A stretch of 64,000 nucleotides of DNA from a virus, in the IMG/VR virus record IMGVR_UViG_3300027797_000016, positions 41,060 through 105,059 of that record. One strand, 5' to 3'. The notes beneath the pieces are model-generated. The model saw nothing but the letters and a program-made list of their open reading frames with translations, made no database searches and was not told the DNA's origin. This document shows, one piece after another, positions 25,603-36,888 of this stretch. Position 1 is the stretch's first letter. Each line of letters begins with the position of its first letter. Position numbers and translations under genes: made by a program.

Positions 25603-28600
25603 TCAATTGGTAATTGAGTTGGTAGCAATCTTAATCGTGTTATTTCTATAAGTTGGAGTAAATACTAATCTTGCATTAGAACCTGAAATATCAGCATTAA
25701 AACTACCAAGAATTTCATTATTTGCAATGGTTGCAAACTCAATATAATCACAAGACGTAACAGCACTTCCAACAGATTGTAAAATCATTACGTCACTGAA
25801 TTGATAGTTATTAACTACCACAGATGATATAAAGGTAAATCCAGTACCCACATTTGCACCATCAAAATTAGTTGCGGTTAATCTACTTGTTGCAGTATAA
25901 CCAGAACCCGGAGATACAATTGATACATTAGTTATTGATCCTCCAATACTTGCAACTGGTGCATTGGATGCAAATAAATCATCACCAACATCAGTTCCAG
26001 TCAATGTTCCAATTCCAACACCAGTAGAAATTCCAAGACTATTAGAAGTTCTTGGTATTGCATAATAAATTTGAGTACTTCCAGTTGTAGTCACACCAGG
26101 ACCAGGAAGAATACCTGGGTAACCTAATGATGCAGTTGCTCTTGCAGTTGTTCCAATACCAATATTTGGTGTACTAAATGTAACTACAGCAGATGCAGCA
26201 GTTGTATATCCAATACCTAGGTTTACAAGAGAAATTGTACTCACTCCAAATCCAACAGTTGCAGAAGTACCAACTGGATTAAATGTTGCAATTGGACTTG
26301 CTGCTAAATCAGTTGCAGTATAACCACTTCCAGGATTAGTAACATATACATTTGTGACTAAAATAGTAGAGACTGCTGCACCAACACCTGACCCTGGTGC
26401 TAAAGATGGACTATTAAAAGAAATTGCTGGGATACTTATACTATAACCAATTCCTGGATTTGAAATTCTTATTTGAGTAATTCCAACTCCAACACTACCA
26501 ATTGCAGTGCTTGCAACTCCAACAGGACTTGAGACAGTGACTGTAGGTATTGAGGAATAACCAAACCCTGGATTTGTAATTGTAACATTAGTAAATGTAA
26601 CTCCAAGACCAGCAATAACAGCACCACCAGAACCAGTAAGTCCATTAACTGCAGTCACTGCAATTCCTGGTGCAATATTGTATCCAGAACCAAATCCAAC
26701 TACATTTACGCTACCAATACCCATTGCTACCGTAACACTAGCACCACTTCCCACAGTTGCAAGAATTTGAGGAGTTGGGACCAGTGATGCACCAAATCCA
26801 GCATTATTAACTGTTACATCAGTAACTCCCATTTTAGTGATGGTAACACCAGCACCTGTTCCACCACCACCAGTAATTGTAACAGTAGGAATATTAATGT
26901 ACCCAGAACCACTATTTGTAATTGTAAAATCTTCAAGAGCTCCACCGGCACCAATTCCACCGAATGCTCCTGTTGCACTGTTAATACCAATACTCGGCAT
27001 ACTAAAGATAACATTGGGTGAACCACCAAATCCACTTCCAAAATTGATAATAATATCAGTAGAGGTTACTCCAAGTCCTACAGTTGCTGCAAATCCAGTA
27101 ACTGTAGGTGTGAGTGCTAATGTTGGTGAAGAAGTATATCCAGTACCAGCATTTACTACAGTAACTGTACTAACCCCTAGTGTAGAAAGAATTGTTGCAG
27201 TATTAATTCCAACATTGGGAGTACTAACTGTAAGTAAAGGAGGTCTTGTATATCCAATTCCTGTTGTAATATTAAATTGTGATGATATACCTAGACTGTT
27301 TACTATCGCAGTAGCAGTATTAATACCAACTTGAGGTGCAGAGAATGTAAGAATTGGGAAATTGCCAGAAGTATATCCAGTTCCAGTAATTGGAAATTCT
27401 ATATTAGTTACAAATACATTTGATACTGATAAGGATGCTCCTACTAATGCAAATCCACTTACAGAAATAGTAGGAATTGGATTATATGCTGAACCACTAC
27501 TTGTAATCGTAATTGTAGAAACTCCAAATCCAACAATACCTGATGCGCTACTACCAACACCAACTGGACTATTAAATGCTACTGTTGGAACTGTTGTGTG
27601 AATTCCTGGAGTATTAATAGTAACGTCGGTTACTATTACAGTACTGACTATTGCAGTTGCAGTGCTTCCAATACCAGATACACCAGAAATCGCAGGACTA
27701 TTAGTAGGATTTGCAATAGTAATGGTTGGAATTGCAGTATAACCAGAACCTTGATTTGTAATAGTTAATGCAGTAACTTTTGAGTTTTGTGCTGGAGTTG
27801 CTGGAATTGCACGATTAAATAAAACAGGAGTATTGGTTGATATTCCAGAGACATTTGATGAAGTATTAAAGGACCCATTTGAAATGGAGTCAATATCAAC
27901 TCTTAATTCTGGAGCAATATTTATATTTGCTCTTGCATCAAGACCAGTTCCAGAACTTGTACTTAACAGAACATTAGTATAACTTCCAGATGCATATCTT
28001 GTTCCACCCTGAAGACTTCCAACTGACAGTGAACTTGAGGATGATGCACCACCAACAAGTTGTCCCGTGCAAGTTACCTGAACATTATACTTTGCACTTC
28101 TAAAAGCAGTAGTATTAAAACTATTCAGTACTTGATTTGCGGTAGTTGCTGTAGTTGTAACAATTCCAGAAGTAAGGTTTACAACAGGACTTGTTCCAAT
28201 AATTACTGTTGTTCCTACAGAAACACTTTCCAATACATTAACAGTTCCCCGAACATCTAAAGTTTGTAATGGATTTGTGGTTCCAATACCAATACGATTT
28301 GTAGCAGCATTTACAGATAAAGTATTACCATTGACCGTTAAATTGCCGCTAACAGTTGCAACTCCAGTAATCAGTGCATTACCAACCACATCCAAAGTTG
28401 CTGTTGGATTTGTAGTTCCAATACCAAGACGATTTTCTCCTGGATTATAAACCAATCCACTATTATCTACTTTTAGTATTGCATTATTTTCAGTCTGTTC
28501 TGTAAATGTTGGATAAAAAAGACTGGATGCTTGTGTAATCGCAACTCCAACAGAGTTTGCAGAACCAACTGTAACTGCACCAGGAGCACCCCAAACAGGA

Positions 28601-29862
28601 GAACCTACTCCACCAGAAAGTAATACCTGACCTGATGTTCCACTATCATTATTTACATATAACTTACCAGAAAGTGCAATATCTCCACGAGTATCTAATG
28701 AGTATTGTGGATTTGTGGTTCCAATACCAACTCTTGCAGTATCAGTAACCACTGTTGCAAATGTTCCAATACCAACTTGCAGTTTTTGTAATGGATTTGT
28801 GGTTCCAATGCCTACTCTGCGAGTATTGGAGTTAACAAATAAGGTATTTACATCTACCTGAAGATTTGATGTGATTGTTGCTGATGTACCTACAAAAAGA
28901 TTTGTAGTAGTCGTAAAACCACTGTTAATTGTATTTGCAGTCAGTACTCCAATAAAACCAGTAGTTGCCGTTATAAAACCAATAGTTGCAGCAGTACCTA
29001 CAAAAAGATTTGTAGTTGTTGTAAAACCACTGTTAATTCTATTTGCACCCAGTACTCCAATAAATCCTGTGGTTGCACTAATAACACCAACAGTAGATAC
29101 TCCACTTACTTTACTATCACCGACTACATCCAAAGTTGATGTTGGATTTGTGGTTCCAATACCAACAGAACCTGAAACTACTTTAAAGAATGTTGTAGTG
29201 TCTGAAATCTCAAAATTACCTACTTTCAGACTTTCAGTAAATGTTCCTGTGGTTGCAGTTAATATTCCAATTGTTGCAATACCACTAATCTTTACATTTC
29301 CTAATACATCCAGTTTAGATGTAGGAAGAGTACTACCAATTCCAACAAAATCATTGGAAGCACTGTATACAAAATCTTGCGATCCTTGTAAAAATCCACT
29401 ACTATTCTTATAAGGAACTGCTCCAATATCTCCAGTTACAGAAACATCAGTAACTGTAATTTGAACGTCTACAGAACTAGAACCAGCACCTACCCAAGAT
29501 GCTGGATTATTTACGGTTACTCCACTTCCAACAAAGTTTAAATCAGTAATCTGATTTACACCACCAACGATTACTCCTGCGTTTCTTATAGTAACGCTAC
29601 CAGGAGTTACAACCCCACCAGCAATCAAACTGGTCTGTTTCGTCCAGTATCTTTCACCGGATCCTGCAGATGCAACTACATATAAATCAGCAATGTCTCC
29701 AGTATAAGGATTTACTCCAACAGAAGATACGCCAATTAGTGGGTCTCCTAAATCAGGTTCTGCCTGATCTAGACCCAAAAATTCATAACGATCTGATGTG
29801 ATACCACTTTGATCTCTTCTTTTTACTCTATTACTTAAAAAGTTTGGATTTGGATTAACCAT
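25603..29862 (-). CDS. Large tail-fibre-like protein, 1419 aa
   Basis: GIGTTNP and ITN.GSGYT repeats. Confidence 0.85.
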   Translation of the reverse strand: MVNPNPNFLSNRVKRRDQSGITSDRYEFLGLDQAEPDLGDPLIGVSSVGVNPYTGDIADLYVVASAGSGERYWTKQTSLIAGGVVTPGSVTIRNAGVIVGGVNQITDLNFVGSGVTVNNPASWVGAGSSSVDVQITVTDVSVTGDIGAVPYKNSSGFLQGSQDFVYSASNDFVGIGSTLPTSKLDVLGNVKISGIATIGILTATTGTFTESLKVGNFEISDTTTFFKVVSGSVGIGTTNPTSTLDVVGDSKVSGVSTVGVISATTGFIGVLGANRINSGFTTTTNLFVGTAATIGFITATTGFIGVLTANTINSGFTTTTNLFVGTSATITSNLQVDVNTLFVNSNTRRVGIGTTNPLQKLQVGIGTFATVVTDTARVGIGTTNPQYSLDTRGDIALSGKLYVNNDSGTSGQVLLSGGVGSPVWGAPGAVTVGSANSVGVAITQASSLFYPTFTEQTENNAILKVDNSGLVYNPGENRLGIGTTNPTATLDVVGNALITGVATVSGNLTVNGNTLSVNAATNRIGIGTTNPLQTLDVRGTVNVLESVSVGTTVIIGTSPVVNLTSGIVTTTATTANQVLNSFNTTAFRSAKYNVQVTCTGQLVGGASSSSSLSVGSLQGGTRYASGSYTNVLLSTSSGTGLDARANINIAPELRVDIDSISNGSFNTSSNVSGISTNTPVLFNRAIPATPAQNSKVTALTITNQGSGYTAIPTITIANPTNSPAISGVSGIGSTATAIVSTVIVTDVTINTPGIHTTVPTVAFNSPVGVGSSASGIVGFGVSTITITSSGSAYNPIPTISVSGFALVGASLSVSNVFVTNIEFPITGTGYTSGNFPILTFSAPQVGINTATAIVNSLGISSQFNITTGIGYTRPPLLTVSTPNVGINTATILSTLGVSTVTVVNAGTGYTSSPTLALTPTVTGFAATVGLGVTSTDIIINFGSGFGGSPNVIFSMPSIGINSATGAFGGIGAGGALEDFTITNSGSGYINIPTVTITGGGGTGAGVTITKMGVTDVTVNNAGFGASLVPTPQILATVGSGASVTVAMGIGSVNVVGFGSGYNIAPGIAVTAVNGLTGSGGAVIAGLGVTFTNVTITNPGFGYSSIPTVTVSSPVGVASTAIGSVGVGITQIRISNPGIGYSISIPAISFNSPSLAPGSGVGAAVSTILVTNVYVTNPGSGYTATDLAASPIATFNPVGTSATVGFGVSTISLVNLGIGYTTAASAVVTFSTPNIGIGTTARATASLGYPGILPGPGVTTTGSTQIYYAIPRTSNSLGISTGVGIGTLTGTDVGDDLFASNAPVASIGGSITNVSIVSPGSGYTATSRLTATNFDGANVGTGFTFISSVVVNNYQFSDVMILQSVGSAVTSCDYIEFATIANNEILGSFNADISGSNARLVFTPTYRNNTIKIATNSITN

Positions 29863-29888
29863 CTTTGTTTAAACTTATATTATATGTA

Positions 29889-30245
29889 TTACTGATTTGA
29901 AGTCTCTAGAATAGAGGTTAAAAATTTAAGATTAGTTGCAGAACTTCCATTAATTGTGATAAAATCATCGGTCTCAAGAACAAGTTTTCCAGGAAGAAGA
30001 TTTACTGTATCATTTCCAGGAATAGCAAAATTTCTAACTATTTCGGTTGTGACTGTACCAAATCCAGAAACATTCCTGTTATGATAAAAACTTATTGATT
30101 GAGTGCCTGCACTTATGTTAGAGCACTGTGCTAACAAGAACACTCCAACAAATCCAACCGGTGCCCTATAAATCTCCTCCGTGGAAATTCCAACTACTTT
30201 TGTTACAGTTCTAAAACTGTTGACTGCTGCTGCTGCGACTGCCAT
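29889..30245 (-). CDS. Small virion structural protein
   Basis: GKLVLETDD...SILET pattern. Confidence 0.75.
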   Translation of the reverse strand: MAVAAAAVNSFRTVTKVVGISTEEIYRAPVGFVGVFLLAQCSNISAGTQSISFYHNRNVSGFGTVTTEIVRNFAIPGNDTVNLLPGKLVLETDDFITINGSSATNLKFLTSILETSNQ

Positions 30246-30260
30246 TTAATTTAAACCTCC

Positions 30261-33200
30261 TTATTCGGCTAGAGCGAGAATGAATGGGGTCATAGTTGTA
30301 AAGAGTGCTTTTGTAAAGTCTCTTCCTGAAATTTGACCCGTTGCTTGATTAATAATAACACCATCACCAATTTTAAAGTTTCCTGCTTGGTCAGTTGAAG
30401 TGTAGACAACTATACCACCATTTTCCTGAATTACTTCATTTTCAGGAATAACTACACCCCCAAGAGCTGGCTTTGCTCTATTTATATCATTTCCAGAACC
30501 CACCCATTCAAATGAGTGAGATGAAGTAATCTGTAAACTTACTCTAGAGAAGTACACAGTAGTTCCAACACTTACTGTATTATTCAGGTTTTGTAATAAA
30601 GAAATTGTGGAAATTCCAGCAGAAGGTAAGGTAGCACTATCAACTTTATAATAAATTGGTTGCATCCTAGATACAGATGCTGTTGCTGTATTAACACCTA
30701 CATTTGGCGATGCAATAGTGATTGTAGGTGGATTTCTATATTGTGTTCCTGAATTTAAAATGTTTATTGCTGTTACTTGCCCACCCACAACAACTGAAGA
30801 TGCTTGAGCAGTAATGCCATTTACTCCCTCTGGAGAACTTATAGTAACTCTTGGAGCAGAAGTGTAACCAGACCCACCATCAGTAACTTCAATAACATCT
30901 ACAAAGGATAATAACTCTCCAAAGTAACAAACTTGTCCGTCATAAGGTCTATAAGTACCTACTCCAGAAACAACAACTGCGTTTGTTTTTTCAAGAGCCT
31001 CTGTATTAATAACACCAGTTGAACGATAAATTGACTTACTCTCTGCATCACCAACTCCATCTGCAACAAGTCCCAAACGACCAAATGATGAGTTGGAGTT
31101 AGTGATATCACATTGTCCACCAGAACCAGTAAAGATTGCAATATCATCGCATATTGTAAAGATGGAAACTAACTGTGAGTATGCACCATTTGTAATAGAA
31201 ACTCCAATGCCACCTTGATTGTATTGGGTATAACTATCCACACTCATCGTACCAGTTACACCAATATCATCTTGATCGCCAGGTTCTGCATCAAATCCAT
31301 CCACTTTCATTCCAATTGAACTTGGAATAAAGTTGGTACAGTTCCTCACATAAGGACCTTGAGTAATATTTCCAACACCTCTGGAATATGCTGGTTTAAC
31401 TATTCCACCAGAAACATAAGTATGAGGAAGAGTAGAGGTGCCAACATTTACGACAAATGTTGTTCCTGCAATTCCAATTACTTCAATAACAGGAAAATTG
31501 TAACCCAAATTTCCACTTGGATAGGTAACTATTCCTGGTCCAGAAGGACAAGTAAATCCTAATCCAATTAGAGTAACCACATCTCCAACTTTAACATATG
31601 CTCCAGTAGCAGTAATTGTAGTAATACCCGAAGTATTATCATATTTTGCTGCAGTAATTCCAATAGAACGATTTACAACAAAACCACCATTTACATAGGT
31701 ATGGGGAATAGTGGATATTCCTGTGTTAATTATAAATGATCCATCATTATTTAATTTATTAACATAAAACTCATATCCATATGCCCCAGAAGGGAATGTT
31801 TGAGTTGAGATCCCACCACCAGAATCGCAAGAAAAATTTAAATCACGAACTTCAATTACATCACCTGGTCTTACAGAAAGACCCGGAACAGTTAATGTTG
31901 TACTTCCAGTTTCATTATCATATGATGCAGTTGATACACCTATAATTGATGTAAAACCAATTCCAAGATTTCCTGGATAGGTGGTCTTAATTCCAGCAGG
32001 ACCAAGAGCAGATAATCCATTATTAATTATAGTTGTAATAATTCCAACGCAAGAATAAATTGCAGATACTACATTTGAACATCCATTAATTGCATTATTA
32101 AATCCAGTATCTGGATCATCTTGCATTGACAAATCTTTTACTTGAGTAAACTCATTTTGGAAATTTGCATATTTTTGTACTGTTCCGCCAGAAACATAAG
32201 TATGAGGAAGAGTTGACTGACCAACAACAACCTCAAAGGTATTCACTCCAACTATGCTCTTAACATTAAAAATGTAACCCAAATTTCCACTTGGATATGT
32301 AACTATTCCTGGTCCAGAAGGACAAGTAAATCCTAATCCAACAACTTTAACTGCATCATTAATTGATAATCCGTGATTGATTGCAGTAATTGCGGTAACT
32401 CCAGTTGTATTATTGTAAACTGCATTGGTAACTGCAGTTTGAATACCTACAGGATTAGAACCCCACGTTACATTATTAATAATTGCTCTTGCAATACCAG
32501 CAGAATACTTTAATGCATCAATTGTTTCTGTTTTTATACCAACAATATTTTGTAATACACCTTCACTTGTATAATATGATTTTCCTGCTCCAACACATTT
32601 AGTATTTCCACCTCTGGTAATATCAAAACAAACTGACTTAAACATATCCTTAATATCATTCTTACGACCTGATATAGAACTAATACCAAGAGTAAGTGGT
32701 GGGTTTCTATATTCGGTACTTGTTAAGTATCCTACTGCCTCACTTGCAATATAATCAAGATTTAATCGAAGCATTCTTGCTCCGTCAAAAAATCTATCAG
32801 TAGATACACCAAGCAATGGTTGTAAGGTAACAACTGCTGATCCATTTGTCATATCTGGACCAATAAAACTTAAGTCAGTTATGTGACAACCATTATTAAC
32901 ATAAAATAAATCACGACTTGGATATTTGGGAGTAATTATACAGTTACGAAGTTCTGTTCCTTCTACAGCAACCCGTGTTGCAAGAACTATTGGGTTTTCT
33001 TCCACATATGCACCCGGAAATACTTTAACCGTATCTCCAGGAAATGCTATCATTGCAGCAGCTTTGATAGTTCTCTTTGTATAATTTTCTGCAAGACCAC
33101 TATTATCATCATTACCAGTTTGTGAGACATATATTGTCTTTCCAACTGGACGATATGACTTAACTTCTACTGCCCCCTTTCCAATTGTTGGAGTTAAATC

Positions 33201-34880
33201 AATACCAATTCCAGCAGTAATTTGAGTTACAATTCCAGAAAGATTTGCACCATCACCATAATAATTAAGTGCAGTTACATCACCAACAACTTCCAATTCT
33301 GTTGAGGGTAAATCTGTTCCAATACCTAAAGAATTTGTTGATGGATTAAAAGTAAATCCACTTGAATTTACAGATAAAGTTGTAATTCCTGATGTAACTG
33401 GAGAAAATACTCCATAAAATACGTCATTATCATTCGTTTCAGTAACTGTAATGTCTACAAAATCGGAAGCACTTGCCCAGACTGATGGTAAAGTAGATCC
33501 TCTAGAAACAAGGACCTGATTGTTAAATCCAGGAGATAATTGTGTTGGGATGAAAAAAGATAGATTAGTAGTTGCACTTCCAACTAATACCCGATGAAAA
33601 GTACTAATCCCAATTGAATTAACTCCAATTGAAGTAATTGTAGTTCCTGGTACTATATCATTTTCTCCTGCAGTTTCTTCAACAAGATAACCAATTAATA
33701 AATTTGATGTATTTACTCCAATTACACTTCTATTTGAACCACTTAAAGTACCAATTCCAGAAGAAGAAAATGTTTGTGGAGTAGTTGCATATAATTGGTT
33801 ACTAAATGCAATATCACCAACTACATCAAGATTTCTTTGTGGTAAATTAGTACCAATTCCAAGTTTTGCTGTAGATGGAATAAAGGATAATTTAGAAGTA
33901 TTTACATTTATAGAGGTACTTCCAATTCCAGTAGCGAATGTTGGAAATAATACATTAGATGTAGAATTTGATGTAATTATTACACTTGTTGAAACGCCAG
34001 ATGTAGATGAAAATCCACTTATATTAATATCATATGTTCCACTTAAAGTAATATCAACAGTAACAATTCCAACTGTTCCTGCACCAGGTCCATTAATTAC
34101 AAACCCATTTCCAAAATCTAGAATTGTTCCTAGACCAACATTTATTCCATCATCACGAACTTCAATTGTAGCACCACCGATTAGAATAAGATCATTTGTA
34201 TCAACAAGTGAAATCATTTCCACTACATCACCAGAAAATGCTGAAGTTAATAATCTTACAGTTGTGCCTATTCCAACATATTCTGTTGTTGGAATTAACT
34301 TAACACCATTTAAATAAACATCAAGTTGATCTTGTTGGTATATGAAATAATAATCAGTTTGACCTTCAGTTGATATAAATGTCTGTTGATTTCTGTATAC
34401 ACCAAAACTTTCCCATTCAACACCAGTTCCAGTGGATTTTAAATATTGTCCTGATGAACCAGAAGCATTATTATTATCACGAAGAGTTCCATCAATACCT
34501 AAAGTATTAAAGGTACTAATTCCAACACTATTAATATTTCCATCAATAAATACATCACCTTTTACATATAATGCAGTTTGTCCTGCAGATACAGTACGAA
34601 CATCTAATAAGTATGCAGGATTTGCAGTGCCAACACCAACCGAACCACCAACTCCAAGAACTGTAAGAACTGTTCCTCCAAGTCCTACATTGAGTTCATC
34701 TGCAAAAGTACCAATACCCGTAAGATAAAAATTAGTTGCTCCAATGCCACCATTAACGTCAAGAGTGTATTTTGGTGCTGTTGTTCCTATACCAACCTTT
34801 CTTGTATCTGCATCAGCAAGAATGAGGTTTGTAGATGCCTCAAAACCGTGACGTACTACGAAGTTTTTTGAGATGGACAT
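30261..34880 (-). CDS. Large virion structural/fibre protein, 1539 aa
   Basis: YVS..G.D.N.G...TIK.A beta-helix entry; TSTDQAGNF.IG. Confidence 0.85.
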   Translation of the reverse strand: MSISKNFVVRHGFEASTNLILADADTRKVGIGTTAPKYTLDVNGGIGATNFYLTGIGTFADELNVGLGGTVLTVLGVGGSVGVGTANPAYLLDVRTVSAGQTALYVKGDVFIDGNINSVGISTFNTLGIDGTLRDNNNASGSSGQYLKSTGTGVEWESFGVYRNQQTFISTEGQTDYYFIYQQDQLDVYLNGVKLIPTTEYVGIGTTVRLLTSAFSGDVVEMISLVDTNDLILIGGATIEVRDDGINVGLGTILDFGNGFVINGPGAGTVGIVTVDITLSGTYDINISGFSSTSGVSTSVIITSNSTSNVLFPTFATGIGSTSINVNTSKLSFIPSTAKLGIGTNLPQRNLDVVGDIAFSNQLYATTPQTFSSSGIGTLSGSNRSVIGVNTSNLLIGYLVEETAGENDIVPGTTITSIGVNSIGISTFHRVLVGSATTNLSFFIPTQLSPGFNNQVLVSRGSTLPSVWASASDFVDITVTETNDNDVFYGVFSPVTSGITTLSVNSSGFTFNPSTNSLGIGTDLPSTELEVVGDVTALNYYGDGANLSGIVTQITAGIGIDLTPTIGKGAVEVKSYRPVGKTIYVSQTGNDDNSGLAENYTKRTIKAAAMIAFPGDTVKVFPGAYVEENPIVLATRVAVEGTELRNCIITPKYPSRDLFYVNNGCHITDLSFIGPDMTNGSAVVTLQPLLGVSTDRFFDGARMLRLNLDYIASEAVGYLTSTEYRNPPLTLGISSISGRKNDIKDMFKSVCFDITRGGNTKCVGAGKSYYTSEGVLQNIVGIKTETIDALKYSAGIARAIINNVTWGSNPVGIQTAVTNAVYNNTTGVTAITAINHGLSINDAVKVVGLGFTCPSGPGIVTYPSGNLGYIFNVKSIVGVNTFEVVVGQSTLPHTYVSGGTVQKYANFQNEFTQVKDLSMQDDPDTGFNNAINGCSNVVSAIYSCVGIITTIINNGLSALGPAGIKTTYPGNLGIGFTSIIGVSTASYDNETGSTTLTVPGLSVRPGDVIEVRDLNFSCDSGGGISTQTFPSGAYGYEFYVNKLNNDGSFIINTGISTIPHTYVNGGFVVNRSIGITAAKYDNTSGITTITATGAYVKVGDVVTLIGLGFTCPSGPGIVTYPSGNLGYNFPVIEVIGIAGTTFVVNVGTSTLPHTYVSGGIVKPAYSRGVGNITQGPYVRNCTNFIPSSIGMKVDGFDAEPGDQDDIGVTGTMSVDSYTQYNQGGIGVSITNGAYSQLVSIFTICDDIAIFTGSGGQCDITNSNSSFGRLGLVADGVGDAESKSIYRSTGVINTEALEKTNAVVVSGVGTYRPYDGQVCYFGELLSFVDVIEVTDGGSGYTSAPRVTISSPEGVNGITAQASSVVVGGQVTAINILNSGTQYRNPPTITIASPNVGVNTATASVSRMQPIYYKVDSATLPSAGISTISLLQNLNNTVSVGTTVYFSRVSLQITSSHSFEWVGSGNDINRAKPALGGVVIPENEVIQENGGIVVYTSTDQAGNFKIGDGVIINQATGQISGRDFTKALFTTMTPFILALAE

Positions 34881-34925
34881 TTGTGCTCCTGGAGTTCACT
34901 ATCCCTCCATTATTGTTTTTATTAT

Positions 34926-36887
34926 TTATACAATTGCTTCAATTTTTGCAAAAGCATTAGTACTACTATTACCACCAAGTTGAGTATTGATCACATTAAC
35001 ACTCCCATCAGTATATCCACTACCTCCTCCACCACCAGACCCATATTCAACCGCCGCATTTCCTCCATAAGCACCAGAACCACCACCACCTTGTTTTCCA
35101 CTACCATCACCACCATTATTGCGATAACCAAGACCTTGCTTATATCCTCTTTGTATTACTGCTGTTTGTGATGTTATAGATCCGGTTTTTGCTGCTCTCC
35201 ATTGCTGCTGTCCAACATCTTGACAGGGAGAGAACCCAATATCTCTATAATATTTCCCAATTGTACAACCAGAAACCTGACCACCAGAAGACCCAGAAGC
35301 AAGTGATCCACTTCCAGTAGGCAGTGCTCCATTATCAACTCTTCTACCTCCAGCACCACTACGTCTTCCCTGACCAAACTCACCACCTACACCAATACCA
35401 CCACCATCACCACCACTATGGGCAGTTCCAGAACCTCCACCACCACCACATACGGCAATTAATCTTGCTTTTTCATAAAGATATGCAGCACCTCCACCAC
35501 CATTAGAACCTCCTGTTGAAGCAGTTGCAGCACCCAATTTAAATACATATTCTGTATTTTGTCTAATCACATATTCAAAGACTGATAGACCACCTTGACC
35601 TCCCCTTGGTCCTCTTGATGCTCCTGCAGATGCTGCTAAAGTAATTCTAACTCTTATATCTTTTTCTGATGGATATATGACCAAAGAACGATCTAAATTG
35701 TTAAGATCTGCAGTAAAAGTTGTAGGATTATTAAAAAGATTTATTGATCCAGAATCAATAAAACCTCCACTGTCATTTATAGACTCAAAGTTTATAATTT
35801 GTCTTGCCAATACAGTACTAAAATTAACAGTATTTGTAAAAATGGGTGAGTTGCAAGCAATAGGATGAGTTAATCTTGCTCTTACTGTATTTGTTGTGGT
35901 TCCTGGAGACCAATCTATAGAGATTGTTGTAGTACCACTAACAGTTATATGTGTAACCGTATTATTTTGAAGTATTGGTTGAGAAGAACTGGGAGTTGCC
36001 TGAATAGTGAAATTTCTACAGAAGTTATAATAGTCTCCAGCAAATAGTCCTTCAATAGCAAATCTTAATCTATATTGTTGAGAACTAATTCTCACAAATT
36101 CTGTAATCATTAATGTAGGTTGAGAGTTGCCACCAGCTCCAATGCGTTCAAATGTTGGAATGCTAGCTGTGTCAACTGGAACACTGAAATTAATTAAATA
36201 GAATCTTGTTGAACCAGAAATAATAGGAACTACACTAGTAATAATATTAGGTAATGATACTGAAAGTGAAGTAGTACCAGAACCAATAACCGTGGTACTA
36301 TCACTTAAGTCATTACCATTCAACTGCCATCGATAAGAAATATTACCTTGTGTTGTATCAGTTAATGCTCCTAAAGTAGTAAAAATTGTAGATCTTGTTG
36401 GTGCTGCAGTTTGATCTGTTGGTTGTGTAACTATGCTTATGAATGGAAAAACTGTAAGAGTTGCTGAATTGGAGTTTAGAACCTCATTAACTGCATTTCC
36501 TGTGGATCTTCCAGTACCTACAGTCACTGCAGATCCTACTGGTTGTGAGTAAGCAGAAGGTACATAATCAACATCAACATAAAATCCTAGTCCATTTTCA
36601 GTAGGACTTTTTGCGTTTGTAATCGTTAATGTAGTTGTTCCAGACCCTGTGATTGTTGCCCCCCGAAAAGTTCCATCAGTAAGTGGTCCAAATCCTTTAG
36701 CATACCATCTATAGGATAAAATTCCAGTATTTGATGCTGGATTTGGTGGGTCTTGTGTAGGAAAGAATGCAGTTGCGATTCCTATAAATGTTGCAGACCC
36801 ACCATCACATACACTTACTGATTGTGGTTGTGTTGTAAAAGATAGAATGGGACCATTAAGATCCAGAGTCGTTTGTTTTCCAATCAT
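34926..36887 (-). CDS. Virion protein with Ig-like repeats and glycine-rich C-terminal domain
   Basis: TTQP...YRW motifs; GGGG runs. Confidence 0.8.
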   Translation of the reverse strand: MIGKQTTLDLNGPILSFTTQPQSVSVCDGGSATFIGIATAFFPTQDPPNPASNTGILSYRWYAKGFGPLTDGTFRGATITGSGTTTLTITNAKSPTENGLGFYVDVDYVPSAYSQPVGSAVTVGTGRSTGNAVNEVLNSNSATLTVFPFISIVTQPTDQTAAPTRSTIFTTLGALTDTTQGNISYRWQLNGNDLSDSTTVIGSGTTSLSVSLPNIITSVVPIISGSTRFYLINFSVPVDTASIPTFERIGAGGNSQPTLMITEFVRISSQQYRLRFAIEGLFAGDYYNFCRNFTIQATPSSSQPILQNNTVTHITVSGTTTISIDWSPGTTTNTVRARLTHPIACNSPIFTNTVNFSTVLARQIINFESINDSGGFIDSGSINLFNNPTTFTADLNNLDRSLVIYPSEKDIRVRITLAASAGASRGPRGGQGGLSVFEYVIRQNTEYVFKLGAATASTGGSNGGGGAAYLYEKARLIAVCGGGGGSGTAHSGGDGGGIGVGGEFGQGRRSGAGGRRVDNGALPTGSGSLASGSSGGQVSGCTIGKYYRDIGFSPCQDVGQQQWRAAKTGSITSQTAVIQRGYKQGLGYRNNGGDGSGKQGGGGSGAYGGNAAVEYGSGGGGGSGYTDGSVNVINTQLGGNSSTNAFAKIEAIV

Positions 36888-36888
36888 T

